A DNA stretch of 64,000 nucleotides from Octopus bimaculoides. Taxonomy: Eukaryota. The notes under the pieces were generated by a model. It was given only the letters and a program-made list of their open reading frames with translations. It made no database searches and had not been told where the DNA came from. The stretch lies in the NCBI RefSeq assembly GCF_001194135.2, contig NC_069000.1:12149071-12213070 (forward strand). Reading direction: 5' to 3'. Shown here in pieces: positions 25,732 to 38,254 of the stretch (position 1 is the first letter of the stretch; every line of letters starts with the position of its first letter). Made by a program: the position numbers and the translations under genes.

Positions 25732-25760
25732 GCACGCACGCACATATATATATACAGAAT
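25230..25760. repeat. Long cryptic (CA)n/(CATA)n/(CACG)n alternating purine-pyrimidine tract
   Basis: About 500 bp of near-continuous RY alternation. Confidence 0.9.
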
Positions 25761-25945
25761 ATGGGAGTAGCGAACTGCATATGTGCTACGTTTTGTGAGT
25801 GTGAAAATATGTATGAGAGTGTTGATGTGAAGACAATTGCTAACTTCATGGTATTTGCTAATTTATGTTTTATACAGTAGACGTAGACAGTCGTGGGCGA
25901 TTATATTTCTATGATGTGTTTGAGTAGGTGTTTCTGTGTCTGTGT

Positions 25946-26105
25946 GTAGGATGACTGTATGGTTAAACTGTTTACTTCCCAGCCACGTGGCATCAGGTTC
26001 AGTCCATGTGCGCGGTACTTTGAGTAAGTGCCTTATACGATAGCTCCAGACTAATCAATTCTTTGTGAGTGAATTTAGTAAACAGAAACTGCGTGAAAGC
26101 CCTTC
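25946..26105 (+). mobile_element. SINE family A, diverged 5' half
   Basis: gtaggatgactgtatggttaa...ggttcagtcc...ctttgagtaagtg...ctttgtgagtgaatttagtaaacagaaactg. Confidence 0.75.
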
Positions 26106-26229
26106 TGATGTATGTATGTATATGTGCAGATTTATATATTTCGTTTTATGTATGTCTTCTCATGCATATAGTTGCATATGTAGACATGCTCATATATACT
26201 TAAAGGATAAACTTCTAGAAAGTTTTACA

Positions 26230-26394
26230 GATTTTTAACCAAAACTTAATAAGTTCGAACCACTCACCCAATGAGGATTTCTGCCAAATTTGGTGAAAAT
26301 CCGTTCAGCCGTTTTGCAGTAATTTTGCAAACACACAGGCAATCAGATCAAGACGAGCGACTACAAAAAATCCTGCTTTCGCTTACGCGCGCAG

Positions 26395-26399
<5 letters not shown>
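26230..26399 (+). mobile_element. Probable DINE-1/HINE (Helentron-associated)-like non-autonomous element 3' end
   Basis: ccaaatttggtgaaaatccgttcagccgttttg block (26284-26316), then a terminal stem CCTGC (26372-26376)/GCAGG (26391-26395) ending GGGTAATAA. This is reminiscent of DINE-1 ends (...GGGTATAA). Confidence 0.5.
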
Positions 26400-26449
<50 letters not shown>

Positions 26450-26452
26450 GTA

Positions 26453-26531
<79 letters not shown>

Positions 26532-26582
26532 GAAGAAGAAGAAGAAGAAGAAGAAGAAAAAGAAGAAGAAGAAGAAGAAGAA
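26398..26582. repeat. Compound (AAT)n-(AAG)n microsatellite
   Basis: Direct read. Confidence 0.97.
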
Positions 26583-26589
26583 ACGACTC

Positions 26590-26720
26590 TTGTACTTGAT
26601 TACTAGGTTATTAATCGATCCCAGAAGACTAAACGGTAAAGTTGATCTTTACCATTGTGAACATACAGCGCAGAGTAACGGAACAAATATCTTTAAAGCT
26701 AGCTACCCAATACCCACTCA
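26590..26720 (-). mobile_element. SINE family B, highly diverged fragment
   Basis: ttattaatcgatcccagaagactaaacggtaaagttgatc resembles ttatcgaccccgaaaggatgaaaggcaaagtcgacc. Confidence 0.5.
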
Positions 26721-27660
26721 ACAGTGTTTGTCATTTCATCACCTCCTTCCTTATTGGGTAATTACAGAGACAAAATAAATATTAAAAAAATGTCCGTTGA
26801 ATATTCACCAGTGTTTTCCCTAGTCACATTAGTGTAAAACTGGGAATGGCGTTGACAAGAAGTGAGAAGCGAACTCAAAAAAGCATCTTCCCCATAACCC
26901 CCAAGTACCGGTGCTGTCAAGGAGATAGATATAATATTATTATATAAACGGAACCGAATATATTGCTATGTACCGGGACGATGTGGACCATACGAGTGGT
27001 AATGGAATTTTGACACAACTCTGTAGATGATTGGATAACGAAAGCAGATACGTCATTCAATAATAGTCAAGAAAAACTAAACGAAGGCGGAAGAGAGAAG
27101 AGGAACGTAATGGTGTGTGTGTGTGTGTGTGTGTGTTTGTGTGTGTGTGCGTGTATGCATGTATGTATATATATATGTGTGNNNNNNNNNNNNNNNNNNN
27201 NNNNNNNNNNNNNNNNNNNNNNNNNNNNNNNNNNNNNNNNNNNNNNNNNNNNNNNNNNNNNNNNNNNNNNNNNNNNNNNNNNNNNNNNNNNNNNNNNNNN
27301 NNNNNNNNNNNNNNNNNNNNNNNNNNNNNNNNNNNNNNNNNNNNNNNNNNNNNNNNNNNNNNNNNNNNNNNNNNNNNNNNNNNNNNNNNNNNNNNNNNNN
27401 NNNNNNNNNNNNNNNNNNNNNNNNNNNNNNNNNNNNNNNNNNNNNNNNNNNNNNNNNNNNNNNNNNNNNNNNNNNNNNNNNNNNNNNNNNNNNNNNNNNN
27501 NNNNNNNNNNNNNNNNNNNNNNNNNNNNNNNNNNNNNNNNNNNNNNNNNNNNNNNNNNNNNNNNNNNNNNNNNNNNNNNNNNNNNNNNNNNNNNNNNNNN
27601 NNNNNNNNNNNNNNNNNNNNNNNNNNNNNNNNNNNNNNNNNNNNNNNNNNNNNNNNNNNN

Positions 27661-27699
<39 letters not shown>

Positions 27700-27833
27700 A
27701 ATAAAATATATATACGTGTATATATATGTGTATGTGTGTGTGTGTGCGTGTGTGTACATACATTACATATATACACACACACACATATGCACATACTCGC
27801 ACATATGTATATGAGCATTAATAACTGGATATA

Positions 27834-27887
<54 letters not shown>

Positions 27888-28965
27888 NNNNNNNNNNNNN
27901 NNNNNNNNNNNNNNNNNNNNNNNNNNNNNNNNNNNNNNNNNNNNNNNNNNNNNNNNNNNNNNNNNNNNNNNNNNNNNNNNNNNNNNNNNNNNNNNNNNNN
28001 NNNNNNNNNNNNNNNNNNNNNNNNNNNNNNNNNNNNNNNNNNNNNNNNNNNNNNNNNNNNNNNNNNNNNNNNNNNNNNNNNNNNNNNNNNNNNNNNNNNN
28101 NNNNNNNNNNNNNNNNNNNNNNNNNNNNNNNNNNNNNNNNNNNNNNNNNNNNNNNNNNNNNNNNNNNNNNNNNNNNNNNNNNNNNNNNNNNNNNNNNNNN
28201 NNNNNNNNNNNNNNNNNNNNNNNNNNNNNNNNNNNNNNNNNNNNNNNNNNNNNNNNNNNNNNNNNNNNNNNNNNNNNNNNNNNNNNNNNNNNNNNNNNNN
28301 NNNNNNNNNNNNNNNNNNNNNNNNNNNNNNNNNNNNNNNNNNNNNNNNNNNNNNNNNNNNNNNNNNNNNNNNNNNNNNNNNNNNNNNNNNNNNNNNNNNN
28401 NNNNNNNNNNNNNNNNNNNNNNNNNNNNNNNNNNNNNNNNNNNNNNNNNNNNNNNNNNNNNNNNNNNNNNNNNNNNNNNNNNNNNNNNNNNNNNNNNNNN
28501 NNNNNNNNNNNNNNNNNNNNNNNNNNNNNNNNNNNNNNNNNNNNNNNNNNNNNNNNNNNNNNNNNNNNNNNNNNNNNNNNNNNNNNNNNNNNNNNNNNNN
28601 NNNNNNNNNNNNNNNNNNNNNNNNNNNNNNNNNNNNNNNNNNNNNNNNNNNNNNNNNNNNNNNNNNNNNNNNNNNNNNNTATATATATATGTATGTATGT
28701 ATGCATGTGTATGTGTGTGTTGTGTTTGTGTACATACATACATACATACATACATACATACATACATGTATGTTACATATATATTATATCATACTTTGAT
28801 ACTGTGTGGACTGAGATACCCGTTGACTGGCCGCTGGTATTTATAGTGTTAAACATTTTCGGTATGCAAATTAGGTACCCCTTCATAGAGTAACTGCTGC
28901 ATTAGGTGAGTATATAAATAGCTTGGCTGCTTGTCTTTCTGCGGATTGTCAAAATGATGTGGACG

Positions 28966-29006
28966 CCTCTGATAAGTACTCAATAAATTCCGAAAATCGA
29001 GTAAGG
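28966..29006 (+). ncRNA. Degenerate minimal hammerhead-like motif
   Basis: cct-CTGATAA-gtactcaataaattcc-GAAAATCGAGTA-agg. One substitution in the core, a damaged stem II, and a near-palindromic helix III (A[C>A]TCGAGT). Confidence 0.35.
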
Positions 29007-30029
29007 TTCTTCATCATTATATTCAGTCTGCGGAGAAATGGCTAAAATCTACTCTGCTTAAAATTTTACCATATGTTACGTATATATTTAAAAGTCTTTG
29101 TGAAAAGTACTTTATGTAGTTATACTAAATATAAAAAAGACTTTTTAAACATTTTTTTTTTCTAATGCTGTAAATTTTTTTATTAGAACGTCACCTTTTT
29201 GAAGAAGTGTCTTTTAGTGTTCGTGAGCCATCGAATTTATGTCGTTCGAAGTAAAAGTTAGTGTTGATTTGTTACAGCTGAAATAAGTGAGTCTATCCTC
29301 AAATAGATAGATTCACTTATTTCAGCTGTGACGAGTCAACACTAGATGTTAACTTCGAACAAGATAAATTCGATGGCTCAAGAAACTGGAAGTTTGTCAA
29401 TTGTAAGCTGTTGTTAAATAACAACATTAAAAAATAACCACAACAACTGAGCCAATGCAATGGAAAGGTGGAACGTATTGTTTTGAAAGGTGTAATCTCT
29501 GTTAAATGATACTCCTTTGGTAGCGATGATGGAAGACATATGGCGTAAGAAGCAGCTTATTGAAATAACGTACAAGACATTTAGGATAAAAGAAGGTTGG
29601 CAATGTATGATTTCTGGAAGTCTTTTACTTGTCATAAAAGAGAAAGAAAAAAGAGAGAAAAAGCAACAAAAACGCTGTGTCATCACACTTTCTGAATTGT
29701 TTATTGTTTTAATACTCTAGTCAAGATTTCTCGTTGCAGCTGGATGAGTTAGTTGTTGCTAGATGCCCAGGATATGAACGTCTTTTCTGACGGGTCGTAT
29801 CTTGTCACTTGATTTTTGAAAATAGGATGTTGCTGTATTGCAAAACTACCACGAAGAAAATTATTTCCCGTCAATTCATCCCAAATAAGTGTAAATAGAT
29901 GCCATGTTTTGGATAGGTAGATAGATAGGAAGATAGATAGATGGATAGATAGAGTATTTTGGCATTGTAAAAGCTGTTTCTAATAATGTCTTAGCAGAGA
30001 CAGAGACAGCAATTTCGAGAGGAATCGTT

Positions 30030-30165
30030 AAAATAAATTACCAGTACTAGAGTGGTACTTTACTTTATTGAACCCCGAGGGATGAAAAACACAGTTGACC
30101 TAAGTGCTATTTGAACTCAGAACGTAAAAGACTATTTTTGTATGACACCTTAACGGTTCTACCAA
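30030..30165 (-). mobile_element. SINE family B, diverged and internally deleted
   Basis: gtggtactttactttattgaaccccgagggatgaaaaacacagttgacc...atttgaactcagaacgtaaa. Confidence 0.7.
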
Positions 30166-30402
30166 TCGAACAGAAGAATGAGTTGTCAGTTTGCTAAGTT
30201 TACCGAGGTTACAGTTCTTTAGAGGTTAATTACGAGAAGGCAGTGCATTGAATACAGTATTTTAAAAAGAAAGTAGTTTAAACTCAAAACTTGTCGTTAG
30301 GAGTTCAAATCATTCCTGAGTCGTCGAAGGTGTAAATATGCACAAATACATATATAATGACATAGACATATAATGACATGCATACATACATATATACACA
30401 AA

Positions 30403-30568
30403 TATACGGCAGGCTTCCGCACAGTTTCCGTTTAGCAAATTCCTTCAGAGGGCATTCGCCAACCTGGGTCTTTAGTAGAAGACATTTGCCGAGGTGCAGT
30501 GTAGTGGGATTGAACTGGAGACCATGCGGACGCAAAACAAGGTTCCTAACAGCAATGCTTTGCCTGCA
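30403..30568 (-). mobile_element. SINE family A-related 5' half, diverged
   Basis: gcaggcttccgcacagtttccg...tagtagaagacatttgccgaggtgcag...gggattgaactggagaccatg. Confidence 0.75.
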
Positions 30569-31256
30569 AAGTTCACATATGAATTCGTTCTGTATATAAA
30601 CACCAGAAATCTGACAGACACATGGAAACAGAATTTTTATACCCATTCTGAAGAATTAAAAGAATGGGTTAAGTTATCTTCGTGCGAGTCTCCATTTACC
30701 ACTCTTCGAATTTTACTAAAGAACACGTGTTTCTTTTCGGCCCCTTCTTTTTCTACTGCCCTTTATCTTGCCTTGGCTTGAAATGTTTTGACATATTACA
30801 ATATTCCTCAGCTTTCACTGCCCCACCCATGGAGAGATCCCTGTTAAAACACCCACCTCCAATCCAAAACATTTCTTTCCATTCACTCCTCTTCCGCCTC
30901 CTCTCTTAGAATCCCCCTCTCTCTTTATCTCAATCCTACCTCATCTTGACATCGTTCGAGGACTTTCAATTTTATTTTATTTATTTTAAACTGTGTTTCA
31001 TTTTATTTTCACAGTTCAGTTTACTCATTCTGTCAGTCTTTCGCGTTTCTTTAACCATTCTGCTTTGCTGTCAACATATCTCCCTTTTTACCCTTCGCTT
31101 TCCTCCACACTGTTTTTTTCTCTCTCTCTCTCTTTCTGTCACTCATTCTCTCTTTCCTCAAATTCTTCTATTCTCTGTTCCCAACTCGTCTTCTCTTGGT
31201 TCATTATATCTATTCATTATTTTTTTAAATTTTTAAATTTTTTTTTTATTTTTAGC

Positions 31257-31308
31257 AAGGCGGCGAGCTGGCAGAATCGTTAGCACGCCGGGCGAAATGC
31301 TCAGCGGT
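31257..31308 (+). mobile_element. SINE family B head only, ending in (TG)n
   Basis: AAGGCGGCGAGCTGGCAGAATCGTTAGCACGCCGGGCGAAATGCTCAGCGGT then (GT)n. Confidence 0.9.
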
Positions 31309-31351
31309 GTGTGTGTGTGTGTGTGTGTAAGTAATTGTTTTCATATATGTA

Positions 31352-31590
31352 ACTGGTAGTCCGTCGGTGATTCGATCAACGGTACAGTCTGCTCAGGGAG
31401 ATTCAGCGTGATACAGAATATGACAAGGCTGGACCTTTGAAATAAAGGTACTACTCATTTTTGTCAGTTGAGTGGACTGGAGCAACGTGAAGTAAAGTGC
31501 TTTGCTTAAGGACACATCGCGCCGCCGGTTTTCGAACTCATAGCCTTACGATCATGAGTTAAATAACCAAACCACTAAGTCACGTGACTT
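31352..31590 (-). mobile_element. SINE family C, long-tail variant with internal deletion in the tail
   Basis: Head and CORE-like body as at 12910. The tail matches 52579-52757 but lacks the aattaacgtgcaagtggctgagc block. Confidence 0.85.
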
Positions 31591-31965
31591 CACTTTCATA
31601 CATATACGCTACACTTCTATGTATGAATACCCAATTCAGATTTCGAGGATGCGAGTAGCAATCGCCAGAGGCCACAAAATTCATTGCTATAAATGCGTTC
31701 GGTCGAATCAGTTTCTATTCTGAGATCTTCTGTAACAATCTGTTTTTTCATTCTTTCTTTCGTTTTTTATTCCCCTTTCTCATTTTTGCCTTTTTCCTTC
31801 TTTGTTCTTCCTTTATTCTACCTCAATTTTTTCTTTCTGTTTTTTTTTCATGCCTTTTAGCCCAACCATCGGAGCGTGAAGGGCTCCTCTCGAAAACAAG
31901 TACCTGAGATGTTTGTGATCTGTAAAGAGTTTTTGAGTAGGGACAGAAAACAGATGTATGAGCAC

Positions 31966-32076
31966 GCAATGCGGACGTGCCTACTGGATTCGTAAAACGG
32001 AAAAGAAGAATGAAACCGCAATGCAGACGTGCCTACTGGATTCGTAAAACGGAAGAGAAGAATGAAACCGCAATGC
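31966..32076 (+). repeat. 52-bp tandem repeat, about 2.1 copies
   Basis: Units start at 31966, 32018 and 32070 (GCAATGCGGACGTGCCTACTGGATTCGTAAAACGGAAAAGAAGAATGAAACC), with 2 mismatches between the full units. Confidence 0.95.
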
Positions 32077-32358
32077 GCATGTCAAAATAACTCTCACGGT
32101 TTCCTTTTCTAATACCCACCTTGCGATCTTCTAACCCAACACTTCTTTCTCTGTGGGTCTATCGCTTTATTCTTCACGCACAAGACTTCTCTCTCTCTTT
32201 TATCCCCTCTACGATAGCTTTTTGATCAGCTCTTTCTCTACGTCACACTGATTTCCTCATACCCCACCCAGCATTCTCAACTTATGTTTTTTTTATTCCG
32301 AAAAGCCTTCTCTTATAATAGTTTACTTCGTTCTCTCGGTCTCCTCTCCTCTCTTAAT

Positions 32359-32398
<40 letters not shown>

Positions 32399-32400
32399 GC

Positions 32401-32433
<33 letters not shown>

Positions 32434-32532
32434 AACACANNNNNNNNNNNNNNNNNNNNNNNNNNNNNNNNNNATATATATGTATATATACGTAAACATA
32501 CATACGTACATATATTGATATACACATATACA

Positions 32533-32569
<37 letters not shown>

Positions 32570-32876
32570 TATGTATATATATATATATACATATATATAC
32601 ATACATACGTACATATATACATACACACATATACAGTATATATATGCATATTTATATATACATATATGTACGTATATTTATATATGCATACCTATGTACA
32701 AAGCTCACATACATACATGCATACATACATATGTGTGTATATATATGTATAGATATGTATGTATATGTGAGTATGTATATATATATATGTGAGTATGTAT
32801 ATATATATTTATATATATATATATACATACCTATGTACGATGCTCACATGCTCACATACATACATGCATACATACA

Positions 32877-32945
<69 letters not shown>

Positions 32946-33354
32946 TTTAACCACATCCCAGTTCCAAGTGACACCACCTCCATCGCCTCGTCATTCTGTA
33001 ACTCTCCCCCTTTTCTTCGTTTCCCAGCTCTGTCTCACTTTATTGGTTTAACCCGCCACTCCTTTTTCTAAACACTCCCACCCTGTCACTTCCAATATGC
33101 CCCATCTTTTATCCCTTCCTTCCCGTATTCTCCCACCACCACCACCACCACAATCCTGCGACACAAGAACAGTCTTTTTACTAAGGCCCTCACCCCCTTC
33201 ACGATCGTCTCCAAGGATATTCTCAGCTGTGAGGGAATAATGAGGTAATTTGATATGTGAGTTGGGCAGAGATGGCCGGACCCGGTTGGGGGGAAGCGGT
33301 GTAGGCAGAGGTAATGTAAATACAAAGCTATCTCCCCTACCAGTACATAACACC

Positions 33355-33680
33355 TTATTATCCCTTTCCCCCAAATTTCAGGCCTTGTGCTTATAGTAGG
33401 AAAGATTATCATTATTATTGGAAAAAATCTGAAATCATTATTTATCATCATTATTATTAACCTTCGTCCTGTCTTTGTCCTTACATGTTTTTAATTGATA
33501 TTAGCCCTTGTGGCCAATAAAACGAATTAATTATTATTATTATTATTATTATTTTGTGTTCAAATTTCGTCAAGTTTGATTTTGTCATCCTTTCGGGGTT
33601 GATAAAATAAGTGCCATTTAAGNNNNNNNNNNACTATCGACCTCCCCCCCCAATATTTCAGACTTTGTGCCTATAGTAGA
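33355..33680 (+). mobile_element. Cluster of SINE family B fragments (both tail types)
   Basis: Tail 2 at about 33365 and 33640, tail 1 at about 33465, central block ttttgtcatcctttcggggttgataaaataag at about 33578. Confidence 0.7.
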
Positions 33681-33719
33681 AAGGATAAAAGAAATCTTCC
33701 TCCTCCTCCTCCTCCTCCC

Positions 33720-33775
<56 letters not shown>

Positions 33776-33852
33776 ATATCATCATCATCTTCACCATTAT
33801 TATTATTATTGTTTTACCTCTCAGCCTGTTGTCTGCTATGAATTAATTAATC

Positions 33853-33941
33853 TGACCCTGAAGAGATACAATATTCGATATTTTATAATATGCATGAGTT
33901 AGTCTGGATATTGCATCGAAATGGTCATAGGTCATAATAAA
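33853..33941 (+). ncRNA. Type-I hammerhead ribozyme-like motif (Penelope-like LTR type) followed by AATAAA
   Basis: TGACC (33853-33857), CTGAAGA (33858-33864), stem II GATACAATAT...GATATTGCATC (to 33917), GAAA (33918-33921), TGGTC, ata, GGTCA (33930-33934), AATAAA (33936-33941). Confidence 0.55.
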
Positions 33942-34083
33942 GTTTTTACAATGGATCGTCTTTTAGCTCTTATTTAAATTGATATGCACACAAAATTGTA
34001 CGATTAACAACCTTACATGTGAGAATTTTGCTACGTTGATAACAGATACAATATTTTTACCAAATTTTAGTATAGATCTATAA

Positions 34084-34128
<45 letters not shown>

Positions 34129-34399
34129 NNNNNNNNNNNNNNNNNNNNNNNNNNNNNNNNNNNNNNNNNNNNNNNNNNNNNNNNNNNNNNNNNNNNNNNN
34201 NNNNNNNNNNNNNNNNNNNNNNNNNNNNNNNNNNNNNNNNNNNNNNNNNNNNNNNNNNNNNNNNNNNNNNNNNNNNNNNNNNNNNNNNNNNNNNNNNNNN
34301 NNNNNNNNNNNNNNNNNNNNNNNNNNNNNNNNNNNNNNNNNNNNNNNNNNNNNNNNNNNNNNNNNNNNNNNNNNNNNNNNNNNNNNNNNNNNNNNNNNN

Positions 34400-34473
<74 letters not shown>

Positions 34474-35398
34474 AGAGGAGAGAGTTGTATAGTAAATAGG
34501 TGAATAAATATTTTACAAATGGACAGATGACTAAATACTTTATATATAGTTAAATAGTCGTGGACACAAACATAGTCACACACACTGGCACACACATACA
34601 AACACACACACACACACACACAGACAGACGAAATAACAGAGACAGACTTATTAATACAAAATCATAGAGACTATCATAAAGACAGTTAAGAAAAACAAAT
34701 ATCATAATAATAATCCATAGTGAGACGTAGTGAATGTTACGTATGAAAGATTTGAGAAAGCCAAAAGAAGTTTTATCTTTCAATGTGAGGAAATACAAAC
34801 AATCAAATAAAACAAATGGCCGCTGAGAAATTTACATTAAAGAAGGCATAGGTTATATTATTAAATCAAAAAGAAGAGAGAGGAACTAAACTTGAAAGGG
34901 CAAAAAGCTAAAAAGAAAAAAAACTAGCATCAACGAAAATGCATTTCAAGTCAGTATTTAAACTTAAATGACTTGATTTAAGATTTCTTGTAAATCATAG
35001 GTTCACTCCTCCTGTTCCACCATCTCCTCGTTCTTCCTTCCTTCCTTTCTCATTTTTAATCCGACCCTCCTTCACCTCCTCCTGTTCACCCCACTCCTCA
35101 TTCACTTGTCTGTTTTTATACACACGTACACATATGTATGTATATATGTAATGTATGTAAGTATGTATACACACAAACGCATATATGAGTGTATATACAC
35201 GATACACGCAGATATCTGTGTGTATTTGTTTGTGTGTGCGTTTGTATTTCTCTCTCCACCCTCTCTCTCTCTCTGTATGCATATATATATATATATATAT
35301 ANNNNNNNNNNNNNNNNNNNNNNNNNNNNNNNNNNNAATATATACATATATATTTATATGCGAATATATATATGTGCATCTATCTATCTATCTGTCTG

Positions 35399-35450
<52 letters not shown>

Positions 35451-35465
35451 CACACACACACACAC

Positions 35466-35509
<44 letters not shown>

Positions 35510-36363
35510 TATTAACTGACTGGAAATGGTTCATTCTGCAGTGTTTAGTTTATTTTAAAGTAATACTCTGGACGCCCTCTACCGGCATCCTGCGGAAACT
35601 CATCAAATTCATTTACATCACTTTAGCAGAAAACGAACGAAACGAGAGCCGTTCAGACTTAAAGCTCCCGACTCACAAAACATTGCCAGTTCCAAACAGA
35701 TCAGCAGAGACTTTTGCCATTTGCTCTGCAATTGTTCGGAACGTGTTGTTAACAATAGACTGAAGTGGAAAAGAAAACTCTGCTGCTAAGGAGTGCTAAA
35801 AGTCGCATTTCCAAGTTAATCTCACAACTCTTCCCGTCTGATGGACCATTGCGAAAAGAATAAAAATCAGAGAGAAATAAAAGTAAAAATAAAACAGAGT
35901 TGCTATGAAGAATAATTGATTAGTTTGTTGCTAGTTCGCGTTGATACGGAAAGTTTTATTATTTTTTCTTAATATAAGTAAACATGGGAATCGTTAGAGA
36001 GATGCTATTGAACAAAACAATGTTAACAGAATCTTAAATATTCATCATGTCGAATGACGGGAATATGGGAGGCAAAAGGTTATAAGGGTATTAAAAAGAT
36101 GTAAGCCTTATTGAATGAAGATTTAATCAAATTTGGGACCAATCTATATTAAGAATACTTCTATTTCTCAAAGCTAAACGGCTATGCATATAACTTAAAT
36201 TGATGCTGGTAGAGTAGGGTGGCTGAACTGTAAAAGTTTTAGTGTAATTACAATAAGTAAGTTAAGGGGAAGTTACTCAAATGGATCAATTGCATGAATG
36301 ATGCACACACGAAAAGTAATCTCAATGAATTGAAAATTTGTCTTGTTGCATTCTGTTATTTCG

Positions 36364-36459
36364 TTCTTTTACTCGCTTTCTTCACTGAACTACGACCATG
36401 CTGGCGCATCGCGGTGCTCCAGCATGGCCACAGTCAAATGACTGAAACGAGTAAAAGAA
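36364..36459. repeat. Fold-back hairpin formed by two head-to-head family A SINE tails
   Basis: Left arm ttcttttactcgctttcttcactgaactacgaccatgctggcgcatc is a diverged reverse complement of right arm ggtgctccagcatggccacagtcaaatgactgaaacgagtaaaagaa. The centre is GC at 36411-36412. Confidence 0.85.
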
Positions 36460-37319
36460 TAAAAGAAATAGTGGTATAACAAGTGTTTCTCATTACTATG
36501 CGTAGAAACACACTTTTGACGTTCCTTTACCATATATAACAGGCTTGATTAGCTAGAGGACATTTTGGGTCTCTAAACACCCATGCCCAGACACAACTGA
36601 GCTCCATTTGCCCTCGTCTTGCTTATTTCTCTGGTTATATATTCTACCGTCTGACATAATTATGCAGAACAAGATTTGCTATTTTCGTGACTAGGTTAAG
36701 CTTTAAAACGGCTCAGTAAATCTGCAAAAACCCTCACAAGGTCCAGTTGTTGTGGTAGAGTATTGGTTTGTGTATCTCATTGACAAAGGGTGATGCCAAT
36801 GGAGAATCTGTAAAATACACAAAAACCACCAATACTACTACTACTACTACTACTACAACACCAGAACTTATCATCCAAGACGGTGATAGTGCAGTTTGTG
36901 AGGCAATTTGGTTGCTATTTCTTGCAGCTCGGTGAGAAACCACATAGAACGACCTCCTCCTTGGATCATGAATTATAAAGTTAGAAACAGATGTAACGCT
37001 TTCAAGCAAAGAACCTGAAAAACATATTGGGACCAAAACTACCACAGCTACCACTACGACGCTATTATATTTCCCACCACAATCACCAAACACAGACTAA
37101 CAAGAGATTAACAGTTTGTGAATGTAGAAAAAACAGAGATCTAATGGGAATGGAAGCAAAATAATGTCACATGAAAGTAAGCATTCAAAAGAAGTGGATT
37201 GTGGGTAATGGGGTTGTAGAGGTGTTGGGGTAGAGAGAAATGAAGTATATGTTTTAGTACATGACGTCGCCATTAAAAGAAGCCAGATAGATAGATGGAT
37301 AGATAGATAGATAGATAGG

Positions 37320-37367
<48 letters not shown>

Positions 37368-37380
37368 AGGATAGCGAGTG

Positions 37381-37515
37381 AGAGAGAGAGGGGGAGGGAG
37401 GGGAGAAGAAGAGAGAAAAGAACGGATGATTCGTGGGATTAAAAAGAGTAAAAGACTGAATTAAGTTCGGTTGGTGTTTGGGTTTTTCGGTCTCGGTGTC
37501 AGAAATGTTTAACGA
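37381..37515 (-). repeat. Left arm of ~130-bp inverted repeat pair (partner 39591-39718)
   Basis: Its reverse complement begins tcgttaaacatttctgacaccgagaccgaaaaacccaaacaccaaccgaactta. Confidence 0.9.
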
Positions 37516-37840
37516 AGATCTTTCAAGAAAATGTTATGAAACACCTGGAACCACTGCTGTTTCCATCTGAATCCGGGCTTTCCTCATATAAACATACAAG
37601 CACAGGATAGATAGACGCCCGTATACACACACACACACATACACACACNNNNNNNNNNNNNNNNNNNNNNNNNNNNNNNNNNNNNNNNNNNNNNNNNNNN
37701 NNNNNNNNNNNNNNNNNNNNNNNNNNNNNNNNNNNNNNNNNNNNNNNNNNNNNNNNNNNNNNNNNNNNNNNNNNNNNNNNNNNNNNNNNNNNNNNNNNNN
37801 NNNNNNNNNNNNNNNNNNNNNNNNTATGTACATATATATA

Positions 37841-38050
37841 TTCTTTTATTCTTTTATTTGTTTCAGTCATTTGACTGCGGCCATGCTGGAGCACCGCCTT
37901 TAGTCAAACAAATCGACCCCAGGACTTATTCTTTGAAAGCTTAGTACTTATTCTATCGGTCACTTTTGCCGAACCGCTAAGTTACGGAGACGTAAACACA
38001 CAAGCATCGGTTGGCAAAAGATGGTGGGAGAACCCTAACCCTAACCCTAA

Positions 38051-38088
<38 letters not shown>

Positions 38089-38254
38089 CATATATACGAC
38101 GGGCTTCTTTCAGTTTCCGTCAACCAAATCCACTCACAAGGCTTTGGTCGACCCGAGGCTATAGTAGAAGACACTTGCCCAACGTGCCACGCAGTGGGAC
38201 CGAACCCGGAACCATGTGGTTGGTAAGCAAGGTACTAACGACACAGCCACTTGT
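37841..38254 (-). mobile_element. SINE family A, full length, with (AACCCT)3 in the linker
   Basis: Same architecture as 6581-7014. AACCCT x3 at 38031-38048. Confidence 0.93.

Noticed and set aside
31966-32076. Possible CRISPR-like repeat-spacer array (also considered for 9036-9101 and 23211-23355)
   Set aside because: The units are contiguous with no unique spacers, there are no cas genes, and the context is eukaryotic.
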